DNA of 64,000 nucleotides from Anthoceros angustus. Taxonomy: Eukaryota; Plantae; Anthocerotophyta. The stretch spans positions 1-64,000 of the forward strand of contig VJWM01000234.1 in assembly GCA_010909165.1 (NCBI GenBank), written 5' to 3'. The translations under genes were made by a program, and so were the position numbers. Positions 1 to 12,052 of the stretch are shown in pieces. Below the pieces are notes generated by a model. The model worked only from the letters and a program-made list of their open reading frames with translations, was not told the DNA's origin and ran no database searches. The number at the start of each line of letters is the position of its first letter. Within the stretch, counting starts at the first letter, position 1.

Positions 1-1431
1 TTCCCACCTATCCTTATCAGAAACTTGATTTGCACAGCTGTGGCTGGTCGGATTCGGCAAAGTCGACCAAATGAACCACACTCGGACCACCCGTCTTATA
101 AACCTCGTGCTAAGGATTGGCCTTGATTCGCACTAATGAATGAGCATACTTCCTCCTTAATCTACCTTCCAAGGCGATATACATCTGCCAAAAATTAACC
201 CAGTGCACTTTCAAACATGAAGCGTATACGGTCTGGTTAGGTTCTTTTAGGGTTACTAACCGTCATGTTGCTTTGGAATGTGCGGACGATTAGTGAGCCT
301 ATCGAGCAATGAAGACACGAAAGATGCAAGAGACGTTAGAATTGTGCGCCCCTTGAGATCTAGAGGAAAAGTCATGGCCCAAGCTAATGGCAAGTGGCGC
401 TCCGTGTCTCGCTCGCTCACACTTGGCCAGGGAGGCAGGATCATCATAGGATGGTGTTAACTTGCTTTGGTGGAAGGGAAGAACTACAGTAGTATCTCTT
501 GTCAATATGCATTTGATGCGAATCTACGTAAGGTGTTTCACGTCCACGGCTGATCCTTGCTATCTTTTGTCGAAAGCGGACTTGCATCTACGAACCGCGC
601 ATTTATCATAAAATGTGTTGATTTCTTTCAATCTCTTTCCAAGAAGCGAGACTCTCAAGCGATCTTCTTCAACAATTTCTTTTCCCTTCAACCGCCTAAT
701 TGTGTAGTCGTAGCCTGGATGGTCCTTGAGACTAAAAAGGGGCGATTTGTTGCAAATGGTTATCTCTGCAGGGACATGAGGCAGGGTCTTAGGAGGGTGT
801 GAAGAGCGAATGCGGGGAATCTGCGGGCGCATGTGGGCTGATGCGATAACGCAATCCGAGTTACGATTTCTAGATGTAGCACCTAGGCCACGATACAAAA
901 GGTCTACTTGCCGAGAATTTTTCTCTTGTAACCTCTGCGAGGCGTGCTCGTGCACTAAAGAGATCTGAATTCCTGTATAACAAAATGCACAAAGGCAAAA
1001 TACGGTTCGAGGGGTAGTTTGCCTCGTAGGATCTATAACCATTCGTGATAGGAATAGGCCGGGTTTGATGCGCAGGTGTGTGTCACCGCAGCCGCCGGCC
1101 TCTTACATTACAGCGATCTCACCGGATCTACGCATCACGGCATTATGGATTAGGGGAGTCGAGCATTTAGTCGGCTACGATACCATGTGAAGTTTCGCGC
1201 GAGCGAGCTAAGGCGTATCTTGTCTCAACTATGTATTCTGTCAATAATAATAATCAATAGTACAAAATGTCACTATAAGTGTTTGTTACCATGCACCCCT
1301 TCGACTTAAGCAACCCTTCATACATTCGCCTAATAAATAACTTGACAAGTAAGCGAGTAATCCTAACGATAAACCACAATAGTAAGAACCTTAACTCGTC
1401 ACACGCCTAACGCAGGTTGCTCCCTTATCAG

Positions 1432-2087
1432 ATAGTTCTTTGTGAAATTGCTTGTTTTGGGTGTGTAAATGCCAGGAACTCTCGGCGAGGGTAGACTGTG
1501 GAAAGACTCCTGGAGGTTCTCATTGCAGTGTCAAACTCATACCCTTAGGCCCAAGGAAGAACTTGCTTGTGGAGGCCGACCCAGGCGATTGTGCCATAAC
1601 ACGACGCCGGCCCCGAACTGAGGTTGACTAGGAGGAAGAGGATGAGAAGATGAGCAGAGGATTAGAAGTGTAGGTGTTAGTGGAAGGCCACAAAGGCGAG
1701 CCCATGACTAATCCCAAATGCAAGTAAAAGGCGCTCCACAGGTGGAGAGTGGTCTTAGAAGTAGGGGCAAAGTGCGATGTGGATCGGGGGTCCCCTGGGC
1801 GCGTGATAGGCTCCTCAGCTAAGGCGGGGACCTACAATTGTGTTGTCGTTGTAGGTCGAGGATTGGTGATTTTTCGGAGGCGTGCAAGTGGTGCAAGCTC
1901 TTTGTGAGAGGAGAGTGAGGCGCCTTGCTTGTTTGAAAGTGAGAAGTGTCGCACATGAGGTGGCGATCGGTCATCACTACGACCTCGAACTCACCAGTCT
2001 CATGGGACGCAAACCCAGCGTCACGCTGACGGGGTGATAAGTGGCCGCTAGAGGGGAAGCCTCGGAAGTTCGGGGTTTTCCTCCACA
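1432..2087 (+). repeat. Family A LTR fragment (3' part only)
   Basis: Colinear with 15620-16270 (gtgaaattgctt...ggaggaagaggatgagaagatgag...gtctcatgggacg); ends ggttttcctccaca like the other LTR 3' ends. Confidence 0.85.
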
Positions 2088-3049
2088 TCTTGTCAATCCA
2101 CTCGTAGAGCGATAACGATCTCTTCCTCTCAACACCGGTGCTAGGGCTCCAAGCAGCCCGCCGTCCTTGGCAACTCGCGAGCCACCTCGGATGATACTCT
2201 ATTTATTTACAATCTGAGTGGGGGCCGGAATACTAGCCATCCATGCCACCCGTACTACGGCAACAAGACTCACACAAAACCATTTCTAGCTCTCTCCCAT
2301 CCAAGCGCCAAGCAGCATCAAACTTCCACCCCAAGCTCCAAAGCGCTTCATCCTGACATGAAACCCTATCACAGTGCCTCGTCACTTTGGTAGTACACAA
2401 TAGATATACCTTATTATTTTATTTAATAAATCAATAATATCGAATCAGATTTTATATATTTCTATAAAATCCCTCCTTGTCGATCATTTGTAGAAACTGT
2501 GGGTGTGGACTCGTCTCTCGTTCTAAAGCACAAAATCCATGCTCATACTCTTGCATTGCTTGCACACACAACAAAAATGTACTTGCGCTTGACTTTTATT
2601 TGTCACAAACTCCTCCCGCGTCAAGCATCGCGTGGTAGAGTTGTTCTTGTTACATGTTACCCTTTCTTCTCCTACAAAACTTTTCCTAAGGACTCAAAGT
2701 ACCATGCCTGGATGTGGTAGGCCTAACTACATGCATATTGGTGAGGAGCCTCCAATGTGCCGACTTCTCCCGTGCTGTCTGAATCTAGGGTTTTCTCCCT
2801 TTCTTCAACTCGCGCGTAGTCTTCCTCTTGTTCGCCAGCAGACTCTGTTTTGGTTTCACATTGATTTAATATACTATTCGTCATGAGGTTTCACAAAGCA
2901 GCCTATAAGGGGATGCGATTGAGCATAGAATGCAATAGGCAATGCTAGAATATTCGGCCTTGAACTAGATTATGGTTACATATGTAAATTTATATTGTGC
3001 ATTTCAATCGAGAGTAGCCTGGGCTGATGGCCTCGTTACAACAATAAGT

Positions 3050-3185
3050 GGAGCCCGTGCAAGACTTTTTCAGCAACAGCAGACCTCGTGGGACTTTTTT
3101 TACAATAGGCGGCCCCGTAGGGCTTTTTACAATAGGCGCACCCATAGGACTTTTTATAAAAGGCGGCCCCAGGTGCGGGTGTTTT
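3050..3185. repeat. Degenerate ~27-bp tandem repeat, about 4 units
   Basis: Units such as gggacttttttacaataggcggccccgta / gggctttttacaataggcgcacccata / ggactttttataaaaggcggcccc. Confidence 0.75.
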
Positions 3186-4316
3186 TATGTGTGGTGATTG
3201 TCGCTACCGTGAAGTAAATTAGACACGCCAGCATGTCTTGAATGCGTGATGGCACTAGATGGTATACAATGTCTAAAGCACGCCATCATCCCTAACACAC
3301 ATCACGTCCACGCATGCTACCCTAAGTGATACGAAATGACATTAATGATAATATCCTCGCAAACAGCAGGAGAGAGGGTGAAACAAAAATGGCCCCCCCT
3401 ACTAAAATCATTTGTCGCCACCAGCGGTGTAAGCAGCACTTGGGCATGTTAAATCTGATAAAATCGCCCGATAAAGCGTCGGAACATGCTATCACGCGAT
3501 TGAGGCTCGCGGTTTGTCGTGCTCAAGCCTTTGTGCTCAAAGGGTCTGCCACTCGCCGTTCCTCGGTCGAAATATTCATCACTTGAGCTTTGCCTAACCG
3601 CTGCCTCACAGCGCGATGTCGAGCAGATTTCTTCTTCCTTCATCAACTTGTCCAGCCGTTTTGACCACAGGAAGGGGCCCGTTCAACCCATTGATGAGGG
3701 TTGCTTCTCAATGCATTGAGCACGCGAAATCCCCACGTTATTGTTAAGCAAATACCAACATTGACGTTGGTTCATCCCACTCCGGGATGCGATGCCGCAT
3801 AAGCACAGCTGTAAAATGCCTAGGATAGCCATGAATGGCATATCGCCTTCTCTCGATGGAAATGGCGAGCCATACCTTCAAGCTGCGCACATCCGGCGGC
3901 TTCTCCTTACACTGTACATTAAGAACCCTTCCTTGGGCGATGATCAAAGACACGATGCATAAACAAGTGATGCTCCGACTTCACAACACCTTCACAATAA
4001 CTTGTCCAAACAAAGCTACATGTCTGTTCATGCCCGTCTGCCAAGTTCAAAGAGGTCCTTGTCATAGTCATATGGGAAGTTTTCAGCGCACATGTCTCGT
4101 GGTGCGACTCCATATACGGCAAGAAGGCACCTGCAACTCGGGAAGGTCTCGGTCGTTGACTTGCGGGGTTGATACGCCAGCAGACCAGTGCGCCACTTGT
4201 CCTCCACGGCCGTTCGGAAATTGTGGCTGCTTGTGAGGCATCCTCTGCGAAAACATGTTTTGCGGTGTGGTCGCCTCCAAATCCATGTCGGCTAGTGGCT
4301 GCCGACACTAGGGTAG

Positions 4317-4818
4317 TGTGAGACACTTTGTCTTTGGTCTGGTAGGGCCAGTTAGTCCCACGTGGTTAAACCTCCACCACCCTTGCTCGGTTCTCGGCAC
4401 TATGGTGACCAACGCCCGGCCTGAGGTCACGAGAGGTACACATCGTAAACTAATTATCAATGGCAGCGGTGACCACCTTGTGATTTCTTGTTGCGCAACA
4501 TGGGCGGGACCCATGATTGCGCTATCTCTGTCAATCTCGGGGTGACCAACCCTCTGGTGACATACATCTTTGGTGAGAGCTTAGCAATCAACCCCGTCCG
4601 TCGAGGAATTGTAACCGCTCAACCTCGCCGCTGGAGCCCTAACCTCACGCTCTTGCTTTGTAGCATACGCAACTCTCAACTCTCACACACTTTGTCATAA
4701 TCCCGTTTACCTCATGAGGCCGATTCTCCCTACCTCCTAGGAGCCTCGTATCATTATTCTGGCGCCCTCCGAGTTCCTTCGCCCCGCGCTCCACGCCCTT
4801 GGCGTCTGGGGTGCTACA
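4317..4818 (-). repeat. Possible 3' LTR of the DNMT-Gypsy element
   Basis: Minus strand begins TGTAGCACCCC and ends GTGTCTCACA, about 100 bp downstream of the PHD. There is no second copy in the window to confirm it. Confidence 0.3.
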
Positions 4819-4914
4819 CATGATGCGGCGGGCTTTATGCCAATCTACCCTAAAATTCCCTTTTAACACTGCGGTCTGCACGGTGGGCCGCTCATCTCGG
4901 CCCCCCAGCCGAGT

Positions 4915-5060
4915 CGCGAGCACATTGGTGACAGTACACTCTCCATCCGGTATCACCGTGAGGAGAGGTCGCGGGCAAAATGTATGATATCCCGATTGCA
5001 TTTGTCACACAAAATCATGAGCTCCGGTTCCGTTATGTGACTACACAATTCATAAGGCAA
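4915..5060 (-). pseudogene. PHD finger at the integrase C-terminus
   Basis: Frameshift-repaired translation LP[Y]ELCSHITEPELMILCDKCNR(G)YHTFCPRPLLTVIPDGE(W)YCHQC fits C4-H-C3 with the GxWxCxxC ending; the first Cys position reads TAT. Confidence 0.85.
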
Positions 5061-6140
5061 GTCAATTGGTGGCTTCCACTTTGTCGAGTCCTCGTGTCCA
5101 AGTTTGGTAGGTGGCAAGGTGCCAAGTGACGCATATGCTCTTTACAACGTCGTCCGTCCTGTCCTTCCAATTCGACAACACCCTGCTCACCTACATTCAC
5201 CACCCGTAAAATTAAACGCCCAGTGCTTACATCCAGTGTTCCTGATGGACGGTGCTGTAAGTACACAAAGTCCCCCACGTCAAATTTCCTCGCCTTGGGT
5301 TTCCACGAGCCACCTCGCGTGAAGGCATACCGGAGTTGGTCCCGATGTTGAGCAATGGCCAAGTTGTCCATGGCCATTGGGATTACCCGCTGAAATAGTT
5401 TGGCGCGGTTTTGCAACTCTGCGAAACACTCCTCACGGATTCATGCCCCAATCCAATCCTTTGGTTTGGAATAGGCATACATACGATATTTGGCATAATG
5501 TTTCGTCCAAACATGATGTGGTCTGCAGATGAAGTTGCGATCTGATCCTATACCCCAATGCCACATATGGCAACAACTCATCCAATGGTTTCAACCTCTA
5601 CTGCCTTGCTTAAGTCCTTGAAAGTTTGCACTAGCCGTTCCATGACCCGTCGACGAGGATGGTCCGAGGCGTCTGACGATGGTCTATCAGGCTCCGATCC
5701 AACAACGCTTGGAACTCCCCGCGAAACTCATTGCCTTGGTCCGTCAATACCTCTGCACAACTTCCATATCTGCGAACACATTGCAAAAATCACGGTACAT
5801 GTGGAACTTGATCGGAGAAAAGCCAACTCCACCCACTTTGAAAAATGCTCTATCATCAACATGCAATGCTTGTTGCCTTGTCTGGTCAATGGTAGTTCAG
5901 GCATCAAGTCAACAGACCATCGGAAGAACAACCCCTTGATGGGCTGAATGTAGTATCACATCCACATTAAACCTACTTCCGCATCACCGCACACCACCAC
6001 CACTGTTCCACATCGGCATACATACGACCAAAAGTATGTGTTTTCAACATGTGATCGTTCTCTTGGCGCCAAAATGCCCCAACATCTTGTGCACTTTGGT
6101 CACTAACGATCTTCTGTCTCCCAGGTGGCACCTCCTTGCT
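5061..6140 (-). pseudogene. Retrotransposon integrase (HHCC, DDE core, SH3-like tail)
   Basis: VHKMLGHFGAKR; FFRWSVDLMPELPLTRQGNKHCMLMIEHFSKWVE; TDQGNEF-like; ERLVQTFK; FDVGDFVYLQ...LILRVVNV...APCHLPNLD. Confidence 0.9.
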
Positions 6141-6399
6141 CACCTCGATCGATCAACCACATACACTTTACCGTCCTTATATGTATAGCGAGCGATTAAA
6201 TCGTTGCGACACGGAGTGCCATTGCGTTCATACCCATACATGCCCATCCCATACTTTGAATGGCGTACTCGAGCTTCCATATGTCTCGGCCCCTTCGGCA
6301 TGCTGTTCATTATGCATTTGCTTGGCCATCAGCGCTAAATACCGGGCACATCTGACGGCATGGATCCAAGTCTTGTCTCGCCCGGTGATATCTTACGCC

Positions 6400-6850
6400 C
6401 CACACGCCGGGTTCCCTCAGCCCTTCGGCATTGAGATGCACCTTTCACGCGGTGTACAATTTGCATGTCATATTCGGATAGCAGAAGCGCAAGCTTCCGC
6501 TTAGCTTCATGTTAGTCATCGGCCGGTAATGGCGATGATCCGTGACAAGTGAAAACTTATTGAAAATAGGTACACTCGAAAATGCGGGGCCACCATGAGA
6601 CACTCTCCTTCATAAGATGAATAGTTGGCTTCTGCTGTGTTGTTCGATCTGCTCGCGTCGCTACAACCGCTCTTTCCCTTCCTCTGCCTTGGGCAAGCGC
6701 GGCCCCAATACTCTGCACTCCAATCAGTATGCGAGACGAAGGGCACATCGAAGTTGGCCTCTTAAGCATTGGCCTTTCGCCTGCTCTTTCAACTCCTGCC
6801 ACGCTTGCTCCTGCTCCTGCTCCCAGTGCCAATGAGTTTCCTTCTTGAGC
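6400..6850 (-). pseudogene. RNase H (Ty3/Gypsy)
   Basis: PFVSHTDWS...ASRSNNTAEANYSSYEGECL...FRVYLF...LVTDH in ORF 6516-6746 and adjacent frames. Confidence 0.9.
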
Positions 6851-7740
6851 AACTCATATAATGGCTTGCAGTCACTCATGTTTACGATAAGCCGTGGTAG
6901 TAATTCACCCCAAGAATGCTCGGGCGGCTATATCCTTGATGCAGGCATGAAACTCACTTGCACTTTGTGGCCTGTGGCAACACCCCAGTACAATCTTATG
7001 CCCCAAGTACTCTATCTCCTATCACGAACTTGCATTTCTTGGGATGGGCCTTGATCCAGTTGTGTGTTGCAACAACACTTCCAAGTGTTCAATGTGCTCC
7101 TCTAGATCATTGCTAAACACCAGAATGTCATCGATGTAGCATTTGACAAATGCTAGCCCTTGCAGTTCCAAGTCAGCCACTCGTTGAAAATATATGGATG
7201 CGTTCTTTAGCCCGAACGGCATGGTCTCCCATTCCCATAGCTGCTCTTTGCCCCAAAATGCTGTCTTGCACTTGTCCTTCTCCTCAATCATGATCTGATT
7301 GAATCCAGATCGGAAATCGAGGGTGGTAAAGTACTTGGCCTCACCAATAGCGTCAAAGATCTCATCAGGAGTGGGCATGGGATACCGTTCCATGGGTGTT
7401 ATTTCATTTAGAGCTCGGTAATCCCCACACATTCTTCTATCCTTCCATTCTCCATTCTCATCTTCTTGAGTGGCGGCCACGGTGAGTGCGGCATATTGCG
7501 ATGTTGACTTCTGATCGGCCGGCGCAGACTCCTTGCACGCTTGTCACGATATCCCACTCCACGGGACTCGGTTTATGTCTTCTTGAACACGGGCTCATTG
7601 GTGGTCGTGGTGATCTTGAACTTGATGCATCATACCTCCCAACTCGGCCCAGTAACGAAGGTCCTCGATTTACGAGTAACATGTCTCGGATCCTTTGCCC
7701 GTTCACGGTTGTAAATCTTCACATATTTGCCAATCATCAA
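6851..7740 (-). pseudogene. Reverse transcriptase (Ty3/Gypsy)
   Basis: ORF 7022-7480: RRMCGDYRALN, YPMP, FTTLDFRSGFNQI, KTAF, MPFGLKNA, YIDDILVFS. Confidence 0.97.
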
Positions 7741-7899
7741 CGAGTTCTCATGGTTCCTTTCTGTGGCGGGATAAGCGGAGGCTGGTGTTGGCGACAAGCT
7801 CTTGCTTCTTAGGTGCGGATGAAGTTCATCATTCGTGACAAATCAGCGGATGCTTCTCGCCATTCTTCGACCCATGGCTATTTGTGGCCAAACACAGAG

Positions 7900-8775
7900 T
7901 GACTAATGCACAAGTCATGTAGAACTTTGCCCCCAACTGCACGGAATGATTCGACACACGTGTAAGTACCACGCACCAAATCCATGGCTCGTTCTCGCTC
8001 CGTTGTGGCTCCCCACTTCATTCCCTTTGTGTCGAACCATGCCTTCTCCCCTTTCCTACGCGATTGCGGTCTTGGAGTGTGGGCCACGCTCTCCTTGGCT
8101 TTCCCACCACGTTTACTGGATAGTGGGGTAGTTTATCTTCCTTGCGTACTGGTTGTGACCGTCGTTTTGGGTCCAAGATGTCATCCACACAGCGTTCTTC
8201 TGGTACCATTAGCCGCCGGTGATGCCTTAGGGTTGTCACGCCCACATTGGTCCGGAAGCTCCGTACCCGATGTGCATATGAGCCAGTCTGCACAGCATCC
8301 ACAATAAACTCTTCCCCTAGCCAACTTCTGAGTTGCTCATATTGTTCCCGAACACTCTCACGCCTATCGAAGGCACCACACACATTTTCGAGTAGATACC
8401 AGCAGGATGGGTTGGCCGCTTGCACATCCCGCAAGATCCGGATGACCTCCACGGCTAGTTCCATGCCTTTGCCTGAGCCACGGCCAGCTCTGGAAAAAGT
8501 TTTACACTCCCATCCCGCAATTAACATGTCCACTTTGCGTGAATGGCTTCAATTTGGCGTCTTCCTACCAACAAGATATCTGCGAGCAACCTTTGGCATC
8601 CTTTGATTGCCTCTCGGCTCATCAACGGGGTACTCCATTCGCGGCGAATGATCTGGCCACAGCCACCGCCGCGCCCTTCGTCGGCTCGACACATGTGTAT
8701 TCTTGAATGCCCTCCTCATCGCCTCCAACCCGGCTGCGATCCGGAACAAAGCTCCATCAGATGGATGCCCCGTCC
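7900..8775 (-). pseudogene. C5-cytosine DNA methyltransferase domain inside the retrotransposon pol
   Basis: Motif I IHLMELCSG(I)AAGLEAM; motif IV DMLIAGWECKTFSRAG; motif VI YLLENV; motif VIII DAVQTGSYAHRVR; motif IX-like ERERAM. Order and spacing are canonical across ORFs 8716-9009, 8549-8788, 8018-8533 and 7878-8087. Confidence 0.9.
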
Positions 8776-9129
8776 TTCCGCTTTCCACTGAATCACCTTA
8801 TTGTTGATCCGCAACTCAGCCGGATTCAAAGCCCGGCATCTTGATGATTTGTTCTCTGAACCGCAGTTAAAGGCTCTGAGCCGATCCGGTCGGAGGTGTT
8901 CTCGTGTCAGCGCCTGCACCAATTGCCGAGTGTTCCTGACACACAAACAAGCAACCTTTTCGTAATCATCCGAGTCTCTTCCCTCATCAATTCTTCGGTT
9001 TCCTCCCATATTTCAGCCCTGTGAACGCTTCCCGCTCCACAGGCGGTAACCGCTAATGGGCTGCCGGTTTTTCCCCAGTTCTCCTCATGCTGAGCGGAAT
9101 TCTGGCTATGTGCGAAAAGTCCCCGTCCC

Positions 9130-9470
9130 GCCATCGCGGCCTGTAGAATGCTACCGAGTGTAATGGGTCTACTCCCATTGCCGGTCCATGTGTGGCGTCA
9201 GCGCCAAGCAGCACATCATAATTCCTTGCGTTAGATACCAAACAATGCACTTCAATAGCCGCGCATCCTCGGTGCGGGCTTGAGCTCTATCTGAATCGGA
9301 TCCCGTGTGATTCCCATCACTTGCTCCTTGGTACCCGCGGACGTGGTGATGCGCACCTCACATGGCCTTAGTTTGTCCGTCTGGAGTGCCTTACGCACAG
9401 GCCCCAAAGTAACTTTCTTGGATCCGCTTTGTATCCACCAACACACATTCCGGAGCGAAACCATTCACGG
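9130..9470 (-). pseudogene. Retropepsin (aspartic protease)
   Basis: CVLVDT/(G)S near 9420-9445, ITTSAG..EQVMG flap, and CLVSNARNYDVLLGAD. Confidence 0.75.
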
Positions 9471-9949
9471 TTACTTCTCGACCCCGATTGTCCACCATGG
9501 CGACTCCTCCTTTTCCTCGAGCCGCCGGTTTCAAGTGTTCTCCGCATAGGCTAGTGAACCCGGACATTGCCTCGGCCTCTCAAGTGATCATCCATGCGCA
9601 TTGCCTTCTTGAATGGTTGCATTTTACTCCAAGGTCGTGACCATGGGGACATCCATGGCCTTCTCCAGTAGGAGCTCCACATTAGGCGGCGTCCCTTCTG
9701 AGGTGTTCGTGGGCTCGGAATCCTCCAACTGCCTGAATGATTTGGGCATTTTGAGTTGATTTCTTGCCCCAATTCTCTTTCCTTAATGACTTCCCCATAT
9801 CGGCCCGCCCTCCTTGAGGCCACCCCACGGTCATCAACGCATACATTTCTTGGTCCGACTCGTATTCTTCCAAGGCAACACCGGCGTCCATTGGTGTGCC
9901 TACACTCATTGCCAATTGTTCACCAATCGTGTACCTCCGAGGAGTGCCT

Positions 9950-10900
9950 TCCGTGTGTAACCTCCGGTTTGTTTTGTTTTGTCAGTTCCTCGATCTCCAC
10001 TTCCTTTGGGGTGAACTGCGGGTGAGCACCCGTGCTGCGGCCTCGGTGCCCTGTCTTGGCGCGAGTCACACACCTCCTTTTCCTTGGCCCCACCAATTCG
10101 ATACTGCACTCAAAGGCTTTGTGAGCCCACACGCGAGCATTTGATTCTGCCTTGGCGGTTGCGCTATTGGTGGCGCTCCTTGGCGAATGCCCAGCATTTC
10201 CTTGTGCCTGATCGCGAGGGGAGCTCCTTCCTTGTATTCTTTGGGGGTGCGTGGCATGCTGGTGTCCTTTGACGAGATTGTGTTCTTCCCAATACGCATT
10301 GGTCACAGCATCTCCTCTCATGACCCTTTCCGCCATTTCATAAGCCTGCTCCAACTCGTAGTCTGCGCCATGTAGCATGTGGAGAAAGTTGGCAATTACC
10401 CTTCTCTGCCTTCCTGGGAGAGCGGCTATATAGATTTGTGCGGCTTCCATGGTCTTTACTCGTGTGTCCTTCACCGGTTGTCTTAATCTCGGATATCTTG
10501 ATCGAGGGGCTCAAGCTTAATGGTGAATCTGGACAACTCCACGGATCTTCTCGAGGACACAGGAACATTTCCATGAACTTGTTGAACATTTCATCCACGA
10601 GAATGTGATGGCGGCCGCTTTCGTCTTGACGATGTTCCCTCTTCGTCTCCTTCAAAGCCCTTTTGGCTCTGTCGCCGCCAAGGATCGGGCATCTTGCAAA
10701 AATCTGCTCCTTGGAGTCGCGGTAACACGTAGAGCCTCTCCGGCCAACGTGCTCATTTTCCTCGGGGCCATCTCGGGGTGAACTCAGGTTGTATTTGAGC
10801 ACCATCTCATCAATCGCCCATCCGAATTTCTCTTGGTCGGAGCGACATGCTACCGTGTCGACCCGTGGCGTCATTCTTACTCGGTCTTGGCTCATACTCC
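9950..10900 (-). pseudogene. gag with decayed zinc knuckles
   Basis: ORFs 10338-10895 and 9920-10474 are helical capsid-like sequence upstream of the protease; knuckle remnants HKAFEC and C...KTGH near 10030-10140. Confidence 0.6.
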
Positions 10901-12052
10901 ATCCCGACCTGCGCTTTCTTCAAATGCTATGGTGCGGATTGGGCTACGGTTCCTCAAGCGGCCGCCGCTGCGCAAAGGGTGTTGAATGGTGGGGCTGCGA
11001 GCTTCGACACGGAGTACTCTCGTTCGTCGCTGCGTAGAGCACCATTACCGTGTCAATCCGCCCCTGCGTGACACTATATATATGCGTGCGTCAAAGTTAG
11101 TGTCGGTCCCTTAGCTAGTCGGTCCGCTAGCCAAGCCAACTTGTCAATCACCTCCTCCCACAGCCGCATACGGTGGCGGGCTCTATCTACGCCAAGGCGG
11201 CTAACTCGGCAATGGAGCGACCGGCCAAATAGCAAAAATCCACAGTGTTCTCTTCACAGTCCACCATCTACTTAGCTGGATTGGCATCCGTGGGCCCCCT
11301 TTGGCTCGTCGGTGCACTGGGCGGTCCGGGCCTTTCGTTAGCGGTTGCAATGTCAAGCTCGGAGAGGAGGATTCGATGTGCAAAAACTCGTTGGCGTCCT
11401 TCTCGGGCACATTAAATCAAGCGTACAAGCGGCACAAGCTTATTTGGCGCTCTTGCAAGCACTCCATGACACCTTCTCATTCGAGCCTCACACCACGCCT
11501 ACAGGCGTATGGCTGTCCTATGTGCGAACAAACATGACAATCATTGTTCTCACGGATTGCGCCCTGACCTCCTTCCGCTCGCGTGATGTCATGGTGACTT
11601 GCTTGAGAGGCGCGGTGCCGTCCGTAATCCCGGCGGGGATCGTGATCTTGCCGTGATTACGGCTCAGCGCTTCATGCTTGGCTGTTGTCACGCTCCGTTC
11701 CGCGGAGATGGGTTTATGTGTTCCCATCATCCATGCCCATGCATATGAGCATATGTCATCAATGCCTATGAACATCTGCTCATGACCAGACACACACCCG
11801 TCCGCATCCACAATCATCACATCTGTCAACATCCTATGTGCCATGACACTCCTGCCGTGGCGCCCCGCCTGGGAGGAAATCGCGAGGGAAATTAAGCCGG
11901 CTAGAAGGTCAAGCCAGGCTAACGTGTACTTGTGCCTCGGGTTGGGTATTGCTGGTGACAAGGAAGGGTGTTTGGGAGTAAAGCTTTGGAGCCACTGGCC
12001 GAGGTGGAGAGTAATTCTCCTCGTTAGAAGCGTTGGAAGTGAGAAAGGTGCC

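Larger units (their letters stand above)
4317..11050 (-). mobile_element. Degenerate Ty3/Gypsy LTR retrotransposon, order gag-PR-DNMT-RT-RH-INT-PHD
   Basis: All domains are recognisable in colinear order on the minus strand (see sub-features), with many frameshifts. The ends are approximate and no 5' LTR was found. Confidence 0.9.

Noticed and set aside
560-1042. 160-aa minus-strand ORF with a possible splice acceptor, as a host exon
   Set aside because: No recognisable motif or partner exons; cannot be supported without a search.
3050-3185. CRISPR-like repeats
   Set aside because: Units are contiguous and degenerate with no unique spacers, there are no cas genes, and the context is eukaryotic.
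3750-4050. LINE zf-RVT-like C-terminus (C...E..HLF..; W.I..ER)
   Set aside because: Resemblance is weak, key Cys/Trp residues are missing and no LINE RT lies upstream.
11715-11745. Second ParB-like DGNH motif
   Set aside because: Reads DGNT followed by a stop; no supporting context.
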